Origin: an uncultured Pelagibacteraceae bacterium
Lineage (GTDB): Bacteria; Pseudomonadota; Alphaproteobacteria; Pelagibacterales; Pelagibacteraceae
DNA: 64,000 bases
Assembly (NCBI GenBank): GCA_902543375.1
Contig: CACBYE010000004.1
Location: forward strand, 5,869 to 69,868
Reading direction: 5' to 3'
The notes beneath the pieces are model-generated. The model made no database searches. It had not been told where the DNA came from and saw nothing but the letters and a program-made list of their open reading frames with translations. Made by a program: the position numbers and the translations under genes. Of the stretch, positions 9,311 through 17,265 are shown in pieces; the stretch's first letter is position 1, and each line of letters starts with the position of its first letter.

Positions 9311-11203
9311 TTAAAGAATATTATTATTTTTTAGATCAGCTTTTATCTCATCTAAAATTGAAGGATCATCAATAGTTGGTGGCATTTTATATTCCTCTTT
9401 ATCAGCAATTTTTCTAATTGTTCCTCTTAAAATTTTACCTGATCTAGTTTTAGGCAATCTTTTGATAACTATAGCAATTTTAAATGCAGCAACTGGACCA
9501 ATTTTATCTCTGACCATTTGTATGCACTCTTTTGAGATATCTTTGTGACTTTTATCAACACCTGCTTTTAAAACAACTAAGCCAATAGGTAATTGTCCTT
9601 TTAACTTGTCTGCAATTCCAAGAACAGCACATTCAGCTACTGACTGATGTTCAGATAAAACTTCTTCGATTGCTCCAGTTGATAATCGATGGCCCGCAAC
9701 ATTGATAATGTCATCAGTCCTAGACATAATCCATATATAACCATCTTCATCAATATGACCCGCATCATAAGTTTGATAATAACCACCATAATTTGACATA
9801 TAGTTTTCTTTATATCTTTGATCAGCATTCCAAAGAGTTGGAAATGTACCTGGGGGCAATGGAAGTTTTACAACTATATCCCCCATTTCATTTGGTTTAG
9901 CTAAAGTCTGATCTGATTTAATAATTTTTACATCATAGCCAGGTACTGCTTTACATGCTGAACCATATTTAGTTTTCATCATTTCAATTCCGGTGCAATT
10001 TGAACTGATCGCCCAGCTAGTTTCTGTTTGCCACCAATGATCTATTACTGGAACTTTTAATAAATTTTCAGCCCACTTGATTGTATCAGGATCTGCACGC
10101 TCACCAGCTAAAAAAAGACTCTCAAATTTGCTTAAATTGTATTTAGAGAGGAATTTACCATCAGGATCTTCTTTTTTGATTGCTCTAAAAGCTGTTGGTG
10201 CGGTAAACAATGATTTAACTTTATAGTCTGAAATAACTTTCCAGAAAGCACCTGCATCAGGTGTACCAACTGGTTTACCTTCAAACAACAAAGTTGTACA
10301 TCCTTTAAACAATGGAGCATAGACAATGTATGAGTGACCCACAATCCAACCAATATCACTCGCTGACCACCAGATGTCATCTTCATCGATATTGTAAATA
10401 TTTTTCATAGTCCATTTTAAAGCAACGATGTGACCCCCAATGTCTCTAACGATACCCTTTGGAGTTCCGGTAGTTCCTGATGTGTAAAGAATATAAGCAA
10501 ATTCGTTTGAATTCATTTCCACACAATCTGTATCCCTAGCATTAGCATGAGCTTCATCCCAGCTGATCTCCATAGGAGCATTTAATTTGACCTCGTGACC
10601 TTTTCTTTGGAACAAAATCATTTTACTGATCTTGTGATTAGCCAGTTTTATAGCTTCATCTACCAGAGGCTTATATTCAACAGTCCTTCCAGGCTCAAAA
10701 CCACATGAGGCAGTTACTAAAAGTTTTGCTTTACTATCGTCAATTCTACTTGCAAGTTCGTTTGAAGCAAATCCTCCAAAAACAACTGAGTGTATCGCTC
10801 CAATTCTCGCACATGCAAGCATTGCTATAACAGCTTCAGGTATCATGGGCATATAAATTATTACTCGATCACCTTTATTGACCCCTTGATTTTCAAGTGC
10901 TCCTGCAAATTTGGATACTTTTGATTTTAATTCTTCATAACTGAACTTGTTTTTGTTTCCAGTAATAGGACTATCGTAAATTAATGCGGTTTTACTCCCT
11001 TTTCCTTGATCAATGTGAAAATCCAATGCGTTATAACAAGTGTTAGTGACACCATCTTCATACCATTTATAGAAAGGAGGATTAGATTTGTTTAAAATTT
11101 TGCTTGGTTTCTTAAACCAGAATATGTTTTCTGATGCTTCTCTCCAAAAGTCCTCAGGATTATTTATAGATTCATGGTATATTTCGTTGAATTTCTTAGA
11201 CAT
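9311..11203 (-). CDS. prpE: propionate--CoA ligase family acyl-CoA synthetase
   Basis: 630 aa. YTSGTTGTPKG AMP-binding motif. Block YMPMIPEA..LACARIGAIHSVVFGGFAS..RIDD and the C-terminal TIDDPSIL closely match my memory of enteric PrpE rather than Acs. Confidence 0.7.
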   Translation of the reverse strand: MSKKFNEIYHESINNPEDFWREASENIFWFKKPSKILNKSNPPFYKWYEDGVTNTCYNALDFHIDQGKGSKTALIYDSPITGNKNKFSYEELKSKVSKFAGALENQGVNKGDRVIIYMPMIPEAVIAMLACARIGAIHSVVFGGFASNELASRIDDSKAKLLVTASCGFEPGRTVEYKPLVDEAIKLANHKISKMILFQRKGHEVKLNAPMEISWDEAHANARDTDCVEMNSNEFAYILYTSGTTGTPKGIVRDIGGHIVALKWTMKNIYNIDEDDIWWSASDIGWIVGHSYIVYAPLFKGCTTLLFEGKPVGTPDAGAFWKVISDYKVKSLFTAPTAFRAIKKEDPDGKFLSKYNLSKFESLFLAGERADPDTIKWAENLLKVPVIDHWWQTETSWAISSNCTGIEMMKTKYGSACKAVPGYDVKIIKSDQTLAKPNEMGDIVVKLPLPPGTFPTLWNADQRYKENYMSNYGGYYQTYDAGHIDEDGYIWIMSRTDDIINVAGHRLSTGAIEEVLSEHQSVAECAVLGIADKLKGQLPIGLVVLKAGVDKSHKDISKECIQMVRDKIGPVAAFKIAIVIKRLPKTRSGKILRGTIRKIADKEEYKMPPTIDDPSILDEIKADLKNNNIL

Positions 11204-11366
11204 CTGATTTTTGATTCGATAGTGCCTTTTTTTAGATTTTTAAATTATAAATTGTATTTAATTTCAAAAAGTCAGTAAAATCAACGTAAATAAATGACAC
11301 TTTAGTCTTCAATAATCTGTTTTTATTTGCTATTTAACCCAAATCTTTGCTTAGGGAAGCCTGAGC

Positions 11367-11384
11367 TTAGTTTATATAAACTAA
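11367..11384. promoter_or_regulatory. 18-bp perfect palindrome TTAGTTTATATAAACTAA upstream of proteorhodopsin
   Basis: Verified self-complementary by hand. It ends 35 nt before the PR start codon and overlaps TATA-like -10 candidates. GCTTAG is directly repeated at 11349 and 11365. Confidence 0.3.
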
Positions 11385-11418
11385 AATAAGTAAAAACTAA
11401 CTAAAGAGGGAGTTTTTT

Positions 11419-12195
11419 ATGAAAAAACTTAAACTGTTTGCTCTAGCAGCTGTAGCCCTAGTGGGTCACGCAGGTATTGCTAACGCAGCAGACGCAACGA
11501 TGTTGATGCAAGACGACTTTGTTGGAATATCTTTTTGGATAATTTCAATGGGTATGTTAGCAGCTACTGCTTTCTTTTTTATGGAGAGAGGCACTGTTAA
11601 TCCTGCATGGAAAACATCAGTAACTGTTGCTGGCCTTGTAACTGGTATTGCTTTCATTCACTACATGTATATGAGAGAAGTATGGGTTGCTACAGGTGAC
11701 TCACCAACAGTATACAGATATATTGACTGGTTAATTACTGTGCCATTACAAATGGTAGAATTCTACTTAATTCTAGTAGCAGTAAGAAAAGCAAATTCTG
11801 GAATGTTCTGGAGATTGTTAATCGGTTCATTAGTAATGTTAATCGGTGGATATTTAGGAGAAGCTGGATACATCAACGCTACACTTGGTTTCGTAATCGG
11901 TATGGCTGGATGGATTTACATTCTTTATGAAATATTCTCTGGTGAAGCTGGAAGAGCTGCCGCTAAGAGCGGAAACAAAGCTCTAGTAACTGCGTTCGGT
12001 GCAATGAGAATGATTGTAACCGTAGGTTGGGCAATTTATCCATTAGGTTATGTATTTGGTTACTTAACAGGTGGTGTAGATGCTAACTCATTAAACGTTG
12101 TTTACAACTTAGCTGACTTCATTAACAAAATTGCATTTGGTCTAGTAATCTGGGCTGCTGCAATGAGTTCTGGAGCTGGTGCAAGAGCTAGATAA
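11419..12195 (+). CDS. proteorhodopsin, light-driven proton pump, Gln (blue-type) tuning residue
   Basis: 258 aa with a signal-like N-terminus and 7 TM helices. Motif RYIDWLITVPLQMVEFY carries the Asp acceptor and Glu donor. The Schiff-base Lys lies in DFINKIAFG, and His is present in FIHYMYM. Preceded by RBS AGAGGGA. Confidence 0.95.
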   Translation: MKKLKLFALAAVALVGHAGIANAADATMLMQDDFVGISFWIISMGMLAATAFFFMERGTVNPAWKTSVTVAGLVTGIAFIHYMYMREVWVATGDSPTVYRYIDWLITVPLQMVEFYLILVAVRKANSGMFWRLLIGSLVMLIGGYLGEAGYINATLGFVIGMAGWIYILYEIFSGEAGRAAAKSGNKALVTAFGAMRMIVTVGWAIYPLGYVFGYLTGGVDANSLNVVYNLADFINKIAFGLVIWAAAMSSGAGARAR

Positions 12196-12217
12196 TTACT
12201 AATTAAACTAAATTTAT

Positions 12218-12255
12218 AGGGCGAGTATGTTTTGCATACTTGCCCTATTTTTTTT
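12218..12255 (+). terminator. intrinsic terminator after proteorhodopsin
   Basis: 12-bp stem AGGGCGAGTATG / CATACTTGCCCT with one G-T wobble, loop TTTTG, then A plus T8. Confidence 0.8.
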
Positions 12256-12274
12256 AAGCCTTATATACATTTAT

Positions 12275-12595
12275 ATGCCAAAAATAACTTACAATACTCA
12301 TGACAATGATACTTATACTATAGAGGTTCAAAATGGATTAACAGTCATGGAAGGAGCAGTTCAAAATGATGTTCCAGGAATAGATGCAGATTGTGGTGGA
12401 GGAATGGCTTGTGCAACTTGCCATGTTTATGTCAAAGAAGATTGGTTTAATAGATTACCAAAAAAAGAGGATGGTGAAGAAGACATGTTAGATATGGCAT
12501 TTGAACCAAAACCAAATAGCAGACTTAGTTGTCAAATAATTGTTTCAGACGATTTAGATGGATTAGAAGTGAGTATACCATCCAAGCAAGCTTAA
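12275..12595 (+). CDS. 2Fe-2S ferredoxin, adrenodoxin/putidaredoxin type
   Basis: Cys pattern C-x5-C-x2-C...C ([12 protein letters not shown] ... LSCQI). I start it at MPKITY because the longer track ORF (from 12227) runs through the PR terminator hairpin. Confidence 0.85.
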   Translation: MPKITYNTHDNDTYTIEVQNGLTVMEGAVQNDVPGIDADCGGGMACATCHVYVKEDWFNRLPKKEDGEEDMLDMAFEPKPNSRLSCQIIVSDDLDGLEVSIPSKQA

Positions 12596-13612
12596 ATGAA
12601 TAAAACCGATGCATTAATTATTGGAGCGGGTCCGACAGGATTATTTACTGCACATCAACTAAAATTAATTGGGTTAAATTGTGAGATTATTGATAACTTG
12701 GATAAGATTGGAGGTCAATGTATTGAGCTCTATCCAGATAAACCAATTTACGACATACCAGCGGTACCTGAGTGCACAGGTGAGGAATTAACAAATAATT
12801 TACTAAATCAATTAAAACCTTTTGATATTAAATTTCATTTAAACGAAAGAGTTGATGAGGTTAAGAAAGAGAATGACAATTGGTTAGTAAAAACTAGTGG
12901 TGGAAACTCTTTTCAAACACCCAATGTAATTATTGCAGGTGGTGTTGGCTCATTTGAACCTCGAAAATTTTCACCAAAAGAATGCGAAAAATTTGAGAAT
13001 AAATCATTATTTTATTCTGTAAAAAATAAAAGTGTATTTAAAGGAAAAACTGTCTCAATTTTTGGAGGAGGAGATAGCGCATTGGATTGGGCTGTTGAAT
13101 TATCAAAGGATAGCAATGTTAATTTGATACACAGAAGAGATGAATTTAGAGGCGCACAAGCAACAGTAGATAAAATGTATGAACTTGAAAAAGCTGGTAA
13201 AATTAATCTATTTACAAAGTATCAAATGAATAATGTGCATGGAAATGAAAAAATTGAAAGTATAGACATTAAGCATGACAATAGTGAAATACAAAGTCTA
13301 AAATCTGATTATGTTCTAGGGTTTTTTGGTCTTATTATGCAATTAGGACCAATTGCTAATTGGGGACTTAATTTGAATAAAAAAACTATTGAAGTTGATA
13401 CTGAAAAATTTGAGACAAATCAAAAAGGTATTTACGCAGTAGGTGATATTTGTAACTATCCTGGTAAATTAAAACTAATTTTATCAGGCTTCCACGAAGG
13501 TGCTTTAGCAGCTAGAGCATGTTTTAAATTAGCGAGACCTAATGAAAAATATAGATTTGAATTTACAACTACTTCTACAAATTTATTGAAAAGACTTGGA
13601 AAAAAAGAGTGA
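12596..13612 (+). CDS. thioredoxin-reductase-like ferredoxin--NADP+ reductase
   Basis: 338 aa. FAD motif IIGAGPTGL, second Rossmann motif GGGDSALDWA, and no CxxC redox pair. Immediately follows the ferredoxin gene. Confidence 0.8.
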   Translation: MNKTDALIIGAGPTGLFTAHQLKLIGLNCEIIDNLDKIGGQCIELYPDKPIYDIPAVPECTGEELTNNLLNQLKPFDIKFHLNERVDEVKKENDNWLVKTSGGNSFQTPNVIIAGGVGSFEPRKFSPKECEKFENKSLFYSVKNKSVFKGKTVSIFGGGDSALDWAVELSKDSNVNLIHRRDEFRGAQATVDKMYELEKAGKINLFTKYQMNNVHGNEKIESIDIKHDNSEIQSLKSDYVLGFFGLIMQLGPIANWGLNLNKKTIEVDTEKFETNQKGIYAVGDICNYPGKLKLILSGFHEGALAARACFKLARPNEKYRFEFTTTSTNLLKRLGKKE

Positions 13613-14238
13613 TAGATCTTTACTCAGCTAATACACCTAATGGCAAAAAAATTAGTATTATGCTTGAGGAAATTGGATTTAGCTACAAAGTAATTAAAGT
13701 TGATATTAATAATGGTGAACAATTTAATAAAGACTTTAAAAAAATTAGTCCTTTAAGCAAGATTCCAGTAATAATTGATCAACAAAATAAAAAAACAGTC
13801 TTTGAGTCTGGGGCAATATTGATTTACTTAGCTGAATTAAGTGGAAAATTTTATAACTCTAAAGAAAGATTAGAGATCAACCAATGGCTTATGGCTCAGA
13901 TGGGGTATGTGGGTCCAATGTTAGGTCAACATCATCAATTTCATCATTATAATCCTGGAAAAAGTAAATTTGGTGAGGATAGATATTTTAATATTTCTAA
14001 ACGAATATACAAAGAATTAGATGAAAGATTATCTAATTCAAAGTACTTATCGGGGAGCAATTACACAATTGCAGATATTGGAACTTTCCCATGGATAGCA
14101 AGACACGAATGGCATGATATAGGACTTAAAAATTATAAAAATCTTACTAGATGGTATGAAGAAATTTCCGAAAGAGAAGGTGTAAAAAGGGGTTTTGCAT
14201 TTATGAATGAAAGCGAAACACCACCTAAACCTTTTTAA
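13609..14238 (+). CDS. glutathione S-transferase, Nu class (YfcG/YghU-like)
   Basis: 209 aa. N-terminal TPNGKK..IMLEE, then IPVI and FESGAILIYLAE, typical of the GST thioredoxin-like domain. Confidence 0.75.
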   Translation: MIDLYSANTPNGKKISIMLEEIGFSYKVIKVDINNGEQFNKDFKKISPLSKIPVIIDQQNKKTVFESGAILIYLAELSGKFYNSKERLEINQWLMAQMGYVGPMLGQHHQFHHYNPGKSKFGEDRYFNISKRIYKELDERLSNSKYLSGSNYTIADIGTFPWIARHEWHDIGLKNYKNLTRWYEEISEREGVKRGFAFMNESETPPKPF

Positions 14239-14339
14239 TTCATTGATGATAGCAATCTAAATAAAGAAGCAAAAATTCCATGACCTGAAACCTCTATTGC
14301 GAGGACAATGATAATTATTAAGATTATTTTTGTATCCAT
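14235..14339 (-). CDS. candidate micro-ORF, 34-aa single-pass membrane peptide
   Basis: Hand translation gives MDTKIILIIIIVLAIEVSGHGIFASLFRLLSSMN. Its ATG shares one nt with the stop of the upstream micro-ORF (TAATG). There is no homology evidence. Confidence 0.3.
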   Translation of the reverse strand: MDTKIILIIIIVLAIEVSGHGIFASLFRLLSSMN

Positions 14340-14464
14340 TAACTAAACACAATGAATAACAAAATTATCCAAAACAAACCATAATAATAATATATATACT
14401 TTTTAGTAAAATAATAAGTTACTGGATTATGAACTTTCTTAGTTTTTTTCTTTTTTTTAGTCAT
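14339..14464 (-). CDS. candidate micro-ORF, 41-aa Lys-rich N-terminus plus hydrophobic tail
   Basis: MTKKKKKTKKVHNPVTYYFTKKYIYYYYGLFWIILLFIVFS. Its ATG lies inside the last codons of dksA (GCAGATGACTAA). It is the 3' part of the 61-aa track ORF 14339..14524. Confidence 0.3.
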   Translation of the reverse strand: MTKKKKKTKKVHNPVTYYFTKKYIYYYYGLFWIILLFIVFS

Positions 14465-14981
14465 CTGCGTGAACTTTTTCATCCTTTTCATGTTTTTCTT
14501 GAGCTGCAATAGTATACTTTGCAACTGGTCTGGCCATAAGTCTTTTTAACCCTATAGGCTCTGCGGTATCAAGACAATAACCGTAAGTATCATCTTTTAT
14601 TCTTATTAAAGCTTTATCTATTTCAGATATTAATTTTATTTGTCTATTGATTGCTTTCATTTCAACGTTTTTATCAGTGTAGGAGCTCGCTTGATCTACT
14701 ATATCTGCAGAAATACTATTGTCATCCATACTCCCATTATATAGAGCTTCATTATTTGCTTTAATTAATTCTTTTCTCCATTCTTGTAATTTCATTCTGA
14801 AAAATACCCTGTGCTTTTCACACATATATTTCTCTGTATCTTTAGGTAAGTAAGTCTTTGAAATTTTGATTGGACTTTTATTAATTTCTTTAGCCTTGAT
14901 TACAGCTTTAGTCCTTATTTTACTTGCAGTCTTTTTCTTAGATTTAGATACTTTTTTTTTTACTTTCTTGGTTTTAGCCAT
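14457..14981 (-). CDS. dksA: RNA polymerase-binding transcription factor DksA, Cys-poor variant
   Basis: 174 aa. Coiled-coil tip motif DIVDQA (DxxDxA) and a C-terminal YGYCLDTAEPIGLKRLMARP that aligns to the E. coli [20 protein letters not shown]. Lys-rich N-terminal extension. Confidence 0.85.
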   Translation of the reverse strand: MAKTKKVKKKVSKSKKKTASKIRTKAVIKAKEINKSPIKISKTYLPKDTEKYMCEKHRVFFRMKLQEWRKELIKANNEALYNGSMDDNSISADIVDQASSYTDKNVEMKAINRQIKLISEIDKALIRIKDDTYGYCLDTAEPIGLKRLMARPVAKYTIAAQEKHEKDEKVHADD

Positions 14982-15060
14982 AATTTAAAATTGAATTCGA
15001 CGGAGTATATTCAGCAAAATTAGGGTGTCAAGCAACGTTAATTATTGTAATTATTTGTTT

Positions 15061-16383
15061 ATGAATGTTTTAAACAGAAACATAAATAATATTTTTTTTA
15101 TTTTTGCTATATCACATTTAATCATTTGGACACTTGTACCTTCTTTAACTAATGGCAATTTACCCTTAGACACTATAGAGGCTTTGGCCTGGGGTAGTAA
15201 TTTAGACTGGGGGTTTAATAAACATCCACCAATGAGTGCATTTTTTTCAGAAATTTTTTTTAATATTTTTGGTTCTCAAGATTGGGCTTTCTATTTATTA
15301 AGCCAAATTTTTGTTGTGATTGCCTTTTATTATGTTTTCAAACTGGCTTATGAAATTTTACAAGATCTTAAATTAAGTCTAATTTCAGTATTATTATTAG
15401 TTTCAATTTATTTCTATAACTTCACTTCTCCAGAGTTTAATGTCAATGTTTGCCAATTACCTTTCTGGTCAATGGTTGTCTATTACACTTGGAAAATTTA
15501 CAACTCTAAAGTAGTGAGTTTCTCAGATTGTTTTTTTGTTGCAATATTTGGAGCGATAGGTTTTTTATCAAAATATTTGTTCATTTATTTATTAGTTTCT
15601 ATTGATTTACTTTTCATTTATTTAATTTTTTTTAAAAAATCAAAAAAATTTGATTTTAAATACATTATAACTCTTGAAGTATTTATTATTTTATTGATAC
15701 CCCACTTAATTTGGCTTTATGATAATGATTTCGTTACAGTTCTATATGGTCTAAACCGAACAGGTTTGGAATATGGCAGTATAACTAATCATCTTTATCA
15801 ACCACTTGTATTTTTGATCAAACAAATTGGAATTTTAATTCCTTTCTTCTTTTTGATTTGGCTATTAGTGAAAAAGATTAAATTTAAATTTAATCTAAAA
15901 GATAAAAAATTACTTTTTTTGATTGCAATAAATATTCTACCTATCTTTTTAATGTTATTAACTTCAATAATTACAGGTTCAAAAATTAGGACAATGTGGA
16001 TGACACCTTTTTATTTATTTTTTGGAGTTTTTTTAGTCTATTTATTTAAATCTCAAATTAATTTAAAAAAAATTGATTCATTTTTACTTGGTTTTTTATT
16101 CCTATTTTTTCTTTCCCCAACAATTTATTCATATGTATCGATATCTCAAACTGATAAAAGAACTGACTATCCAGGAAAAGAAATTGCCTCAAAGGCCCAA
16201 ATCACTTGGAGTCAAGAATTTAAAGAAGAAATTGAGTTTGTAACTGGGGATGAATGGAAAGCAGGCAATCTTTCATATCATCTTAAATCTCGACCCACAT
16301 GGGAGGGACTCACTAATGATGAGATATTGAACAACTCATCACAATTTATTTGTATAGGTGAGGTATGCTTGGGCAGATACTGA
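15061..16383 (+). CDS. ArnT/PMT-like (GT39/GT83) polyprenyl-phosphate-sugar dependent membrane glycosyltransferase
   Basis: Polytopic membrane protein. An N-terminal periplasmic loop LPLDTIEALAWGSNLDWGFNKHPP resembles the ArnT/PMT family motif. I place the ATG at 15061; the track gives a GTG at 15025. Confidence 0.65.
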   Translation: MNVLNRNINNIFFIFAISHLIIWTLVPSLTNGNLPLDTIEALAWGSNLDWGFNKHPPMSAFFSEIFFNIFGSQDWAFYLLSQIFVVIAFYYVFKLAYEILQDLKLSLISVLLLVSIYFYNFTSPEFNVNVCQLPFWSMVVYYTWKIYNSKVVSFSDCFFVAIFGAIGFLSKYLFIYLLVSIDLLFIYLIFFKKSKKFDFKYIITLEVFIILLIPHLIWLYDNDFVTVLYGLNRTGLEYGSITNHLYQPLVFLIKQIGILIPFFFLIWLLVKKIKFKFNLKDKKLLFLIAINILPIFLMLLTSIITGSKIRTMWMTPFYLFFGVFLVYLFKSQINLKKIDSFLLGFLFLFFLSPTIYSYVSISQTDKRTDYPGKEIASKAQITWSQEFKEEIEFVTGDEWKAGNLSYHLKSRPTWEGLTNDEILNNSSQFICIGEVCLGRY

Positions 16384-16395
16384 AAAGAAAAGTAA

Positions 16396-17265
16396 ATGAA
16401 AATTAAAATTTTAATTCCGATATTTAATGATTGGCAATCAGTTCTTAAGTTACTAGATGAAATAAATAACTTATCTTTAAATAATGAATTTCAGTTATCG
16501 ATAATTATTTTAAACGATGCTTCTAATTTCGATCGTCCAGATATTGAAAATTCTTTTGAAAATATTCAATCATTAAAGATTTTGAATATGAAACATAACC
16601 AGGGTCACGCAAGATGTATTGCAACAGGATTAAAGTACATTTTTGAAAAAGATGATTTTGATTTTGTTATTCCAATGGATGGAGATGGTGAAGATAGACC
16701 AGAGGAAATAAAAATTTTTTTAGAACAGATAAAAAAATCTCATGAAAAGCCAATTGTTGGTGAAAGAATTAAAAGATCTGAAAGTTTGATTTTTAAAATT
16801 TGTTATCAATTACATAAGCTCATAACTTTAGTGTTTACTGGTAGATCAATTAAATTTGGAAATTACACTTGTTTACCAAAATTAACTGTAGAGAAAATGA
16901 TTAAAGAAAAATCTACTTGGAATAGTTTTTCTGGATCATTAAAGAAAATTGAAAACGATTTAATTTCAATTCCCTCTATAAGAGGGTCAAGATATTTTGG
17001 ACCCTCAAAAATGAATTTTATGAATTTAATAAAACATTCGCTATCAATTATGAGTGTTTTTAGAAAAACATTTTTAATTCGATCAGCACTCTTTATCGTA
17101 ATATATATTTTGCTAATAAAGAGTAATGCCTCTATAATTACCTCTGTACCATTAATTTTATTGTTGATCGCTGTCTACTTAGTATCAAATCTAGCACTAA
17201 GAGAAAATATGGAGGAATTTAAGAATTCATTAAGTCAAATAAAAGATATTGACCAAATAAAATGA
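16396..17265 (+). CDS. family 2 glycosyltransferase, polyprenyl-phosphate sugar synthase type (ArnC/GtrB/DPM1-like)
   Basis: 289 aa. GT2 N-domain (ILIPIFNDW ... ILNDAS ... MDGDGED) followed by two C-terminal TM helices. Confidence 0.7.
   Translation: MKIKILIPIFNDWQSVLKLLDEINNLSLNNEFQLSIIILNDASNFDRPDIENSFENIQSLKILNMKHNQGHARCIATGLKYIFEKDDFDFVIPMDGDGEDRPEEIKIFLEQIKKSHEKPIVGERIKRSESLIFKICYQLHKLITLVFTGRSIKFGNYTCLPKLTVEKMIKEKSTWNSFSGSLKKIENDLISIPSIRGSRYFGPSKMNFMNLIKHSLSIMSVFRKTFLIRSALFIVIYILLIKSNASIITSVPLILLLIAVYLVSNLALRENMEEFKNSLSQIKDIDQIK

Noticed and set aside
12227-12274. N-terminal 16-codon extension of the ferredoxin ORF ([16 protein letters not shown])
   Set aside because: These codons are the 3' arm and T tract of the proteorhodopsin terminator hairpin. 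The ferredoxin family alignment begins at MPKITY.
14465-14524. 5' part of the 61-aa track ORF 14339..14524
   Set aside because: This part lies inside dksA in another frame. Only the portion from the ATG at 14464 onward lies essentially in non-coding space, and I report that separately as a candidate micro-ORF.
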